From positions 1 through 64,000 of the IMG/VR virus record IMGVR_UViG_3300017963_000253: a stretch of DNA of 64,000 nucleotides; one strand, given 5' to 3'. Origin of the DNA: a virus. A model generated the notes under the pieces. That model saw only the letters and a list, made by a program, of their open reading frames with translations, made no database searches and was not told the origin of the DNA. This document shows positions 28,172-35,941 of this stretch, piece after piece. Numbering within the stretch: the stretch's first letter is position 1; every line of letters begins with the position of its first letter. The translations under genes and the position numbers were made by a program.

Positions 28172-28526
28172 GGTCAAGGTGGAGGTTGGAAAACCGGCAC
28201 CCTTCTCCGGGATCCTCCTGACCCCGGCGGCGCTGGCGAAGGTGATCACGGAGTTGGAGCGGAAGACGGTAACCTGTCAAACGGAGAGGGACGCGGAGCG
28301 CGCGGAGGCGGAGGCGAAGCGGAACGCGGCGGAGCAGGTCTGCACCGCTCGAGTGGACGCGGAGAGGGCCAAGACCGCGGCGGTAGCAGGTGAGCGGGAT
28401 GCCCAGCGGGTGATCTACGAGAAGGCCCTCTCCAAGTGCTCCGCCTCTCCGCCCTGGTACAAGAGCCGGTACCTGGCGTTTATCGCCGGTGCGGCGGTCG
28501 CGGGTGGGGTCTGCGCCGCCCGTTGA
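28065..28526 (+). CDS. secreted coiled-coil protein, putative outer spanin partner
   Basis: GGAGG RBS, signal peptide, 107 bp overlap with upstream gene, C-terminal hydrophobic segment. Confidence 0.55.
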   Translation: MKRLASAFLTFLTILTLSSPGWTRSSPEKPEPDLRRVKVEVGKPAPFSGILLTPAALAKVITELERKTVTCQTERDAERAEAEAKRNAAEQVCTARVDAERAKTAAVAGERDAQRVIYEKALSKCSASPPWYKSRYLAFIAGAAVAGGVCAAR

Positions 28527-28622
28527 GACATCTGGGAAAGACCGCTAGGAGATGAGCCGCCCCTCCGCTATCCTCTAGGGGAAGAGAGGGATTTTTGTTG
28601 ACCGGCTTGACTGGTGGTTCAG

Positions 28623-28844
28623 ATGACGTCGTCTCTACTGAAAGGACTGCTGGAGACCGGAGCACCGTGGGGTATCCTCTGCGCGGTGCTCCTGGCGGCT
28701 GTGTTCGCGCTCTGGCGACGTTGCAACCTCGTTTCGGACAAACTGTACGCCCTCGGGTTGGCTCAGGTGGAGCACGATAAGGAGATCTGCTTCGTGATGG
28801 AGCGGATCCGCGAGGACGTGAGGGAGATCAGGAGGAACGAATGA
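28623..28844 (+). CDS. small membrane protein (holin/antiholin-like)
   Basis: One TM segment GAPWGILCAVLLAAVFALW plus helical tail. Confidence 0.5.
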   Translation: MTSSLLKGLLETGAPWGILCAVLLAAVFALWRRCNLVSDKLYALGLAQVEHDKEICFVMERIREDVREIRRNE

Positions 28845-29242
28845 GTAGCAATTCCACCGGGGGTAACGGAGTGGGACACAGTATCGGGAGCGTCCTCCTG
28901 CAGATGAAGGTCCTCCGCCCCCGGGAACTGGCCGCGATCCTCAAGATCCAGGAGAAGTTGAGTCCGGAGGAACTCCTCGGGGAGTTACTCGTCTCCCGGG
29001 GGTTCGTCACCCGGGAACAGTTGGAGACCGCTCTGGAGTCCCAGCGGGCGCTCCGCTCCGGGAAGCCTCACGTTAGGGCGCTGGCGGTGGCCAGGGTTGC
29101 GGAGATCTCCGGGGGGAGGGTCCAGCGGTTAATGCGACGAACCAGGGCGGAGTGCGAGGCGGCGCGTCGGAGGGTGACCGGGGAGGATCACCCCGCGGTC
29201 ACCTCCCAGATGTTGGCGGTTGGGGAGGAGGACGGGAGATGA
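28841..29242 (+). CDS. stand-alone MshEN-like domain protein
   Basis: Two 24-aa motifs SIGSVLLQMKVLRPRELAAILKIQ and LLGELLVSRGFVTREQLETALESQ. Confidence 0.75.
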   Translation: MSSNSTGGNGVGHSIGSVLLQMKVLRPRELAAILKIQEKLSPEELLGELLVSRGFVTREQLETALESQRALRSGKPHVRALAVARVAEISGGRVQRLMRRTRAECEAARRRVTGEDHPAVTSQMLAVGEEDGR

Positions 29243-29697
29243 GCGGGGAGAAGCAGACGGACGGGCTGCAGAAGCTGAAGGCTCGAGCTATCAACGCCCT
29301 GATCTACCTCCTGATAGGGTCCCCCGGGGCCTACGCGGCTTACACGAACCAGGACCGGGCCACGGTGGAGATTGTCCGGAAGGTCAACGTGAAGCGCGCG
29401 GACGACATCGAAGGACTTCAGGACTGGACGCGGTCGAACAAGGACCTGATAGAGAAGCTAGCGAAGAGCCTGGAGGAGTTTCGCCGGGAAGTCGCGGAGG
29501 ACCGCCGGGAGACGAACCGGATCCTCTTCCAGCTGGCGAACCGGAGTCGAAGCAAAAGCGGGAGGATCCTCCGGGAGGAGATCCGGGATCGCCGGGAGAA
29601 GCCGGAACCGGTCCCCAGGATCACGGCGCAGATCAAGTCGCAGCGGAGGAAGCTCCCCACCCTGAAGCGCCCCGCCAAGGCGCTAGCGGACCTCTGA
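29239..29697 (+). CDS. membrane-anchored coiled-coil protein
   Basis: ATGA overlap at 29239; hydrophobic AINALIYLLIGSPGAYAAY then coiled coil. Confidence 0.55.
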   Translation: MSGEKQTDGLQKLKARAINALIYLLIGSPGAYAAYTNQDRATVEIVRKVNVKRADDIEGLQDWTRSNKDLIEKLAKSLEEFRREVAEDRRETNRILFQLANRSRSKSGRILREEIRDRREKPEPVPRITAQIKSQRRKLPTLKRPAKALADL

Positions 29698-29708
29698 GAA
29701 AAAATCGC

Positions 29709-29737
29709 TAGACGTCACCCCAAATTTGGAGTATGGT
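29709..29737 (+). promoter_or_regulatory. sigma70-like promoter
   Basis: TAGACG-17 nt-TATGGT preceded by an A-tract. Confidence 0.5.
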
Positions 29738-29743
29738 TCTCCG

Positions 29744-29849
29744 CGTAGATGGGAAACAGCCCGGGGCGGTCGAGACCTCCTCGGTAACGGAATCCCCGGG
29801 ATGGTCTACTTGAGAACCCCGCTCTTCAAAAAGGGCGGGGTTTTCTTTT
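29744..29849 (+). ncRNA. candidate structured small RNA or leader RNA
   Basis: Between promoter and terminator; pairings 29745-50/29804-09 and 29760-66/29794-800 enclose two small hairpins. Confidence 0.4.
29815..29849 (+). terminator. Rho-independent terminator
   Basis: AACCCCGCTCTT-CAAA-AAGGGCGGGGTT stem followed by TTCTTTT. Confidence 0.8.
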
Positions 29850-29893
29850 ATCCGGAGTTAAGTCGAATGACTCATTTTGGGATAGATGAGGGC

Positions 29894-31510
29894 ATGAAGA
29901 CGCTCCCGATCACCGTAGACTCCCACCTGAGGCTGAAGACCCGGGACCTGAAGGCGGCGGGTCTCCGCCTCCGGGACCTCTTAGACGAGTTCGAGTACGA
30001 CAACCCGGAGTACTGGAAGAAGAAGCGGATGGGCTTCTATACCGGGGACACCCCGCGGAAGCTCTCTCTTGTGGTCCGGAGGGGACCGGAGATCGCCCTC
30101 CCCCGCGGGGGCTGGGACCGCCTGAAGGACCTCCTTCCCCGGGACGTCTCCTTGGAGATCCGGGACGAGACGGTCTCCGGGACCTCCCTCGGGATGACCT
30201 ACGCGGAGCCGGCGGACTGGACGCTGGACCCGGACCAACTCTCCGCGGCAAGAGCGGCGCTCCGCCGGAGGCAGGGGTTCCTGATCGGCCCCTGCTCCAG
30301 CGGGAAGACGGAGATCCTCCTCAAGTTCGCCTCGGACGCGGGGGAGCGGACGCTGGTGATCGTTCACACGGAGCGGATCCTCAAGGACTGGGCGGCGAAG
30401 GTCTCCGAGCGCTTCTTCGTCCCGGCGAAGGAGGTAGGTCTCCTCTACGGGAAGGCGAAGCGGGAGCGGACCCTGACGATCGGGATGGTCCGAACCGTCT
30501 TGAACCTGATCGAGAAGGACCCGGATTTTGTCCGGCGCTGGGGGACCGTGATCCTGGACGAGGCCCACCACGCCAGCGCCGCCACGTTCTCGGAGCTGAT
30601 CAACTCCTTCCCCGCGCGGTACCGGATCGCGGCGACCGCGACCCCGAAGCGGAAGGACGGGAAGGAGGTCCTCACATTCGACGCGTTCGGATCCGTCTAC
30701 GCGCGGAAGCAGCGGGGGACGGGCCGGAAGGTGGCCCCGAGGGTCCTCTTCGAGATCACGGACGCAGATCTGGACCGCTACGGGCGGATAATCCCGGTGG
30801 ACGTGGTGGTGGTCCCCACGGAGTTCGACTTCGACCTGAACCACGCCCGGAGGATGGAGGCGGACGGGTGGGAGCAGCGGGCGAAGGGGAGCCAGATCCA
30901 GGCGGCGAAGGACTGGGCCAAGTCCCGGAAGTGGGAGGGACCTCTGAACACCTACGCGGACATGCTGGACGAGATGAGCCGGGACGCCCACCGGCAGGCG
31001 CGGATCCTGGAGTACCTCCTCCCGGAGGTCAGGGACGGGCAGACCTGCGTCCTTCTCGCGGACCGGCGGGAGTTCTGCCTGGACACCCAGGCGTGGCTGA
31101 AGCGCCGGAAGATCCCCTGCGGACGCCTGATGGGAGGGCGGAACTCGAAGGAGCAGGACCGGACCGCGAAGGGGCTCTCCGACGGGTCCCTCCTCTGCGC
31201 GGTGGGGACGACGGTGGCGGACGAGGGGATGGACATCGGGAGACTCTCCCGCGGCTTCGGTTGCACCCCCGCCGCCAAGAACCCGGGGAGGCTGACCCAA
31301 CAGCTGGGGCGCTTCAAGCGCAAGTTCCCGGGGAAGACGGACGCGGTCTACTTCTACTTCTGGGACCGGAGCGTCCCGGACCTCCGGGGGCACGCCCGGG
31401 CTGTCTTCAACGCGGTGAAGGCCCCCCACCGGGTCTGGTTCTCGGAGCGACCGGGGGAGCGGGTCCCGATGACGCGGGAACTCCTTAGGAGGTTGGAAGA
31501 TGAGCGATAG
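29894..31510 (+). CDS. superfamily 2 DEAH helicase
   Basis: GPCSSGKT, ILDEAHH, TATP, DEGMDI, QQLGRFKR motifs; start placed at MKTLP because the listed upstream extension crosses the terminator. Confidence 0.9.
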   Translation: MKTLPITVDSHLRLKTRDLKAAGLRLRDLLDEFEYDNPEYWKKKRMGFYTGDTPRKLSLVVRRGPEIALPRGGWDRLKDLLPRDVSLEIRDETVSGTSLGMTYAEPADWTLDPDQLSAARAALRRRQGFLIGPCSSGKTEILLKFASDAGERTLVIVHTERILKDWAAKVSERFFVPAKEVGLLYGKAKRERTLTIGMVRTVLNLIEKDPDFVRRWGTVILDEAHHASAATFSELINSFPARYRIAATATPKRKDGKEVLTFDAFGSVYARKQRGTGRKVAPRVLFEITDADLDRYGRIIPVDVVVVPTEFDFDLNHARRMEADGWEQRAKGSQIQAAKDWAKSRKWEGPLNTYADMLDEMSRDAHRQARILEYLLPEVRDGQTCVLLADRREFCLDTQAWLKRRKIPCGRLMGGRNSKEQDRTAKGLSDGSLLCAVGTTVADEGMDIGRLSRGFGCTPAAKNPGRLTQQLGRFKRKFPGKTDAVYFYFWDRSVPDLRGHARAVFNAVKAPHRVWFSERPGERVPMTRELLRRLEDER

Positions 31511-31778
31511 CAGACTGATCAACGCCCTGAACTACGAGCTGAAGCTCCCGGGGGAGAACCGGGTCGTAGACCACCTCTCCGCCCTGAAGCTCCGCGCCGC
31601 CGCCTTCTCCGCGGCGGTCCAGCTGCGGTTTGACAAAATCACCACCGCCGTGACGCTCCTGGACTTCGCGGTCCTCCTCCTCTCCCTGAACGAACCCCGG
31701 TACGGACCGGAGCGGGTGGTGGAGGCGTTCCAGGAGAGTGTTCAACGTCACTACAACTTGAAGGGAGTCGGAAGATGA
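31500..31778 (+). CDS. hypothetical protein
   Basis: GGAGG RBS, tiles with neighbours. Confidence 0.6.
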   Translation: MSDSRLINALNYELKLPGENRVVDHLSALKLRAAAFSAAVQLRFDKITTAVTLLDFAVLLLSLNEPRYGPERVVEAFQESVQRHYNLKGVGR

Positions 31779-32107
31779 GAACCGAGACAATGGGAACGGA
31801 CGCGGCGAAGCTGGACAACTTCGCGGAGCTGAAGAGCGGGAACGTAGCGGGGGTCGGTACGTTGGGAAGGGACCTCGTAGTCTTCTTCCACGCCGGGAGC
31901 GCCTACCTATACCCGGAGGCGGCGGATCACTTCCCTCTACTGAAGCAGGCGGTCTCCCCCGGGGGGTACTTCTCCTCCAACGTTCGGAAGCTTAAGTACC
32001 GTAAGATCTGCGCCTTCTCCTCTTGCCTCGAAGCGGTGACCCCGCCGGATATCTACTGCCGGGGCTGTGAGAGGAGTATCTCCGAGGAGGGAGGGGAGGA
32101 TGAGTAA
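31775..32107 (+). CDS. KTSC domain protein with C-terminal Cys4 motif
   Basis: KSGNVAGVG...LVVFFHAGSAYLY...LKQAVSPGGYFSSNVR is the KTSC pattern; tail CAFSSC...YCRGC. Confidence 0.75.
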   Translation: MRTETMGTDAAKLDNFAELKSGNVAGVGTLGRDLVVFFHAGSAYLYPEAADHFPLLKQAVSPGGYFSSNVRKLKYRKICAFSSCLEAVTPPDIYCRGCERSISEEGGEDE

Positions 32108-32333
32108 ACCGGACTTGAAGGTTCACTTCTCCCTAGGTGAGGTAGTTACCACGCTCCTGGAACTGGCGGATGATCAGGGGAGGATCCCGGAGGAATTTGA
32201 AGATAGATACCAAAAGCTAAGAGACGGTGGGACCGCGGACGGGGCTTGCGTCACCCTGGAGCAAGTTGCGGAAGACTGCCTCGCCCTGGGAATTACCTTC
32301 AAGGAGAAGAAGCGTCCCTCCCCCACCTTCTAG
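32100..32333 (+). CDS. hypothetical protein
   Basis: ATG at 32100 with GGAGG RBS. Confidence 0.6.
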   Translation: MSKPDLKVHFSLGEVVTTLLELADDQGRIPEEFEDRYQKLRDGGTADGACVTLEQVAEDCLALGITFKEKKRPSPTF

Positions 32334-32432
32334 AAAACATCCAAGGCGGACCTTTCCCTACATCTGGGGTAAAACCCCCCGGTAGCGAAAATTAGCCCGG
32401 AAGCACCAAACCCCCACCAAGGAGACCGGAAC

Positions 32433-32792
32433 ATGTTTCCCATCTTCGAACTTCCCCTGGCGGTCGCCTGCTCGCGCCGCCTCCTCCCAATATCCAAACT
32501 CGTCTACGCCTCCCTCCACTCCTGGCAGTACCACCGGGAACCCGCGGACTTCGAGGAGATGGCGGACCGCGTGGCTATCTCGAAGCGGGAGTTCATCCAG
32601 ACCCTGGAGTACCTGGAGGAGGAGGGTCTCCTGGAGTACACGACGGAGCCGGAGTGGTACAGTCTGATAGATCCCCCCTGGTTAGAGGAGGAGGCCGCGA
32701 GGCACAAGTGCCCGGAGTGGTTGACCGTACTGGATCCGGACGGAGACCTCCTCCCGGACGAGGAGGAGGAAGGGAAGGAGGCCGCGCTATGA
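32433..32792 (+). CDS. acidic winged-helix protein
   Basis: KLVYASL...EEMADRVAISKREF..TLEYLEEEGLL HTH pattern; AAGGAG RBS. Confidence 0.7.
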   Translation: MFPIFELPLAVACSRRLLPISKLVYASLHSWQYHREPADFEEMADRVAISKREFIQTLEYLEEEGLLEYTTEPEWYSLIDPPWLEEEAARHKCPEWLTVLDPDGDLLPDEEEEGKEAAL

Positions 32793-34024
32793 ACGCCAAC
32801 TGCTACCTCTTCCTGAAGACCCCGCTCCCAATCCAGGCAACTAAGAAGATCTCCCGCGTCGAGAAGGACGTTTGGAGTGCCGTCTTCACCCTCCGGGAGA
32901 TCAACAAGCGGAGGACCCCCACCGTAAAGAGAATAGCCGCGGTGGCAACTAACGGGGACCGGCGAAACGCGAAGCGGGCGCTCCTCAAGCTGGAGTCGCT
33001 TGGTCTCATCTCCGCCCGAAAGAAGAGAACCCCGGGCGGCTACGCCATGGACTACCGCAGCGAGTGGCCGGACTGGATCGAAGAGGAGGGACGGCGCTTC
33101 CTCCTGAAGGAGAAGAACCGATCTGCGGACGTGGAGGGGGAGGAGTACTTCGACGATAAGTACCCCGAGGATGTCCCAATTTCACCCGAAAATGAGGGAG
33201 AGGGGGTGCGTCATAGTGACGCAGGGGGGGTGGGTCAAGGTGACGCAGGGGGGGTGGGTCAAGAGACCCCCCCCTTTAAGACTATAGAGACTAAGGAAGA
33301 GATCTTAAAGCAAACGGGTGTCCCGTTTGCCGACGAAGAAGAAACCTGGGACGACCCGCCGGAGGACGATGAGGAAGAGGATCTGAACCCGGACGGGGAC
33401 TCCAGGACCGGGAAAGAGCGCCTCGCAGCGGAGAGGGACCGCCGGAAGAAGGGGAGGAAGAAGAAGGTTCGGAAGGCCTCCGGGTCAGACCTCGCGGAGA
33501 CTCCCTCGGAGCGGTGGGAGTTCCAGGTCCACCGCGGTAAACCCGTTCGTACTTGGGGCGGGATAGACATCATCGGATACTGGGTAAGTAGGTTTCGGGA
33601 GGTTTGGCGGAAGGAGGACCCAATGTTCTTTGTCTCCGGTGTGGACGCGGTCTACGTTCGGAGGTGCGCCAGGAACTCGAAGCTGTTCGTCAAGAATCAC
33701 CTCGGGGGGGACAACCGGAGGGCGAAGGAGGCCATAGACGGGATCCTGGAACACGCCAATGAGCGGGGTAGGCCGGTCTCCCTGGCTTACTACTTCACTC
33801 CGAAGAGTGACTCCGCGCTCCGGGAGGTCCTCGGGGAGCGCGGGTTGAGTAGACCCCCGCGGGAGAAGACGCTCCGGGAGATGAACAACGAGAGCGGGAG
33901 CAAGGATCTGGACTACTGGCGGGAGGAGTCGGAGCGCTGCAGAAGGAAGCGGATGGCGAAGCGTAAGAGAGAAGAGGCGAAGAAGAGGGCCGCGGGGGAG
34001 AAGAGGGCCGCGAATGGGAACTGA
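32789..34024 (+). CDS. replication initiator (N-terminal wHTH, internal iterons)
   Basis: PTVKRIA...RRNAKRALLKLESLGLI HTH; internal 24-bp repeats; followed by DnaC-like and DnaB genes; ATGA overlap at 32789. Confidence 0.7.
   Translation: MNANCYLFLKTPLPIQATKKISRVEKDVWSAVFTLREINKRRTPTVKRIAAVATNGDRRNAKRALLKLESLGLISARKKRTPGGYAMDYRSEWPDWIEEEGRRFLLKEKNRSADVEGEEYFDDKYPEDVPISPENEGEGVRHSDAGGVGQGDAGGVGQETPPFKTIETKEEILKQTGVPFADEEETWDDPPEDDEEEDLNPDGDSRTGKERLAAERDRRKKGRKKKVRKASGSDLAETPSERWEFQVHRGKPVRTWGGIDIIGYWVSRFREVWRKEDPMFFVSGVDAVYVRRCARNSKLFVKNHLGGDNRRAKEAIDGILEHANERGRPVSLAYYFTPKSDSALREVLGERGLSRPPREKTLREMNNESGSKDLDYWREESERCRRKRMAKRKREEAKKRAAGEKRAANGN
33202..33300. repeat. iteron-like repeats / probable replication origin
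   Basis: GTGACGCAGGGGGGGTGGGTCAAG at 33216-33239 and 33240-33263, partial copies on both sides, then an A/T-richer tract. Confidence 0.6.
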
Positions 34025-34640
34025 GCGCAATCTGATCCGGGAGTTGAAGCTCCGCTGCGGGGTTCCTCGCGCCTTCGCGGAGTTGGAACTCTCTGAGATG
34101 GACTCCGGTGGGGACGAGAAGTACCGGGAGGACCTCCAGGAGTTCCAGAGGATAGCCCGGGAGCGGTTGGACACCGGGAAGTTCCTGGATGATCCCCTCT
34201 CCCTTTACGTCTCCGGCCCGTTCGGGACCGGGAAGACCCGGATCCTAACCGGGCTCCTGAAGCGCGCCTACCAGCACCTCGTTTCCCGTCGCCCGGGACT
34301 GATCGCGCCGCGGACCTCCCCGCTCTTCGTCCGCGCCGCGGACCTCGTTGAACTCCGGTTTCGGAGGTTCGAGGAGGAGGAGGAGATGGAACTTCTCCGG
34401 GAGCGGGTGAAGAGTTCCGTCTTCCTGGCGATAGACGACGTGGGGCGGCTTAACGACTTCCGCGGGGAGATGAACTACCTGGAGCGGGTCGTGGAGGACC
34501 GGGTGGAGGAGGGTCTCTCCGTCCTGATCTCCTCCAACCTCGGGGGGCCGGAGCTGAAGAAGAGCGCTCCTCGCTTCCTGGACTTTCTCTCCTTCTTCGA
34601 CGTCTACTCGCTGACTTGCGCGTCCTGGAGGGGTAGATGA
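34014..34640 (+). CDS. DnaC/IstB-like helicase loader ATPase
   Basis: GPFGTGKT Walker A, LAIDDVG Walker B, ISSNL. Confidence 0.85.
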   Translation: MGTERNLIRELKLRCGVPRAFAELELSEMDSGGDEKYREDLQEFQRIARERLDTGKFLDDPLSLYVSGPFGTGKTRILTGLLKRAYQHLVSRRPGLIAPRTSPLFVRAADLVELRFRRFEEEEEMELLRERVKSSVFLAIDDVGRLNDFRGEMNYLERVVEDRVEEGLSVLISSNLGGPELKKSAPRFLDFLSFFDVYSLTCASWRGR

Positions 34641-35941
34641 GCCTGACCCTGGACGTCAACGTCGAGAACGAGCAGGTCGTAATTGGGGCGCTGATTAACG
34701 ACCCGGAGGCGTTCCGGGACGTCCTTCCGCGCCTGGACCCCGCCCTCTTCGCGGAGGAGAAGCACCGGGCGCTTGTCTCCGCCCTCCGGGAACTCCGGAA
34801 GCGTGGGGCGGGTTACGCGGCGGACACCGTGGTGGAACTGACCGGGGAGGAGGTGAAGTTCAAGTACCTCCGGGACCTGGAAGAGAACTTCGGGGCGCTC
34901 CCGAAGGAGAACCTGAAGGTCCACCTGGAGGTCCTCCGCTCCAGCTCCGCGAAGTACGCCGCCTCTGAAGCCTTCTTCGAACTCTATGGCGCGTTGGATG
35001 ACGCCCACGCCCCGGCGGCGGAGGCGGAGGCCGCGGCGCTCTCCGTCCTCCGGAACCTTCGGGAGCGTACCTCCGGAGGAACGCGCCTTCGCGGGGGGAA
35101 TAAGCTCTTCTCCGACTGGTACGGGAACCTTGCGGACCTAGCCGCGAAGAAGACCCAGAACTTCGTGGGGACTCAGTTCTCGGCGCTGGACGCCCACCTC
35201 TATGAGGGACTCCGTCCCTCCAAGGTGGTGGTCATAGCGGCGCGCCCCGGGATGGGGAAGTCCACCCTGTGCTCCAACCTGACCCTACGCCTGGAGCGGG
35301 TCGGTCTTAACGTCCTCTCCGTGCCGGTGGAGGCGGGGACGGAGAGCGTGGTTGAGCAGATGGCGTGCTGTAAGGCCAAGGTCTCCGCGGAGAAGGTGAT
35401 CAAGACCCCGGACGAGCTGACGCCCGGGGAGTTGATGTCCCTCCAGCGCGCGGGGCGGAAGATCCTGAGCAGCGAGCGGATCCAGTTCGACGACGAGATG
35501 GCGAGTCTGGACGACCTGGAGATGGCGGTGGAGGGGCGGGACTTCGACGTCGTGATCCTGGACCTCTTTGAGTACCTCCTCCAGGGGGAGCTAGACTCCG
35601 CCTTCGTCACGGAGCAGCTCCGGAGGCTGAAGCGGCTCGCGAAGCGGCGGAACTTCTGTGCGGTGGTAGTCCAGCAGATCCGGAGGATTAAGCGGAAGAA
35701 GAACCCCCGCCCTCTCCTTGCGGAGCTGAAGAACTCCGGCGGCTACGAGGAGGTGGCGGACCTGGTGATCCTCCTCCACCGCGCCGCCTACTACAACCCG
35801 GAGACGTGTGAGGAGGACGTCCTGGAGATGAAGATCGCCAAGCAGCGGCGGGGACCCCAGAACGTGACGGTGGGGTTCAAGTTCCACCCGGATATCTGCC
35901 GGGTCGGGGCGCACACGAAGGACTACGATGGGTCGAGCTAG
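34637..35941 (+). CDS. dnaB: replicative DNA helicase
   Basis: EQVVIGALI N-terminus, AARPGMGKS, VVILD, RP.LAELKNSG..EE.AD.V..LHR, IAKQRRGP. Confidence 0.92.
   Translation: MSLTLDVNVENEQVVIGALINDPEAFRDVLPRLDPALFAEEKHRALVSALRELRKRGAGYAADTVVELTGEEVKFKYLRDLEENFGALPKENLKVHLEVLRSSSAKYAASEAFFELYGALDDAHAPAAEAEAAALSVLRNLRERTSGGTRLRGGNKLFSDWYGNLADLAAKKTQNFVGTQFSALDAHLYEGLRPSKVVVIAARPGMGKSTLCSNLTLRLERVGLNVLSVPVEAGTESVVEQMACCKAKVSAEKVIKTPDELTPGELMSLQRAGRKILSSERIQFDDEMASLDDLEMAVEGRDFDVVILDLFEYLLQGELDSAFVTEQLRRLKRLAKRRNFCAVVVQQIRRIKRKKNPRPLLAELKNSGGYEEVADLVILLHRAAYYNPETCEEDVLEMKIAKQRRGPQNVTVGFKFHPDICRVGAHTKDYDGSS

Noticed and set aside
544-28575. Recurring CCGCTA(G/T) motif in intergenic gaps (about 545, 28542, 28565) as a phage late promoter
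   Set aside because: Too short and too few instances to separate from chance
28555-28600. Terminator after the spanin-like genes
   Set aside because: The stem is irregular; a T-run is present but the pairing is unconvincing
29726-29893. N-terminal extension of the helicase ORF
   Set aside because: Crosses a promoter and terminator; ATG 29894 is more plausible
29981-31522. 513 aa minus-strand ORF (also 56398..57885, 1319..2461, 51363..52424 and others)
   Set aside because: Antisense shadows of well-supported + strand genes; stop codons are rare in this GC-rich codon usage; no motifs
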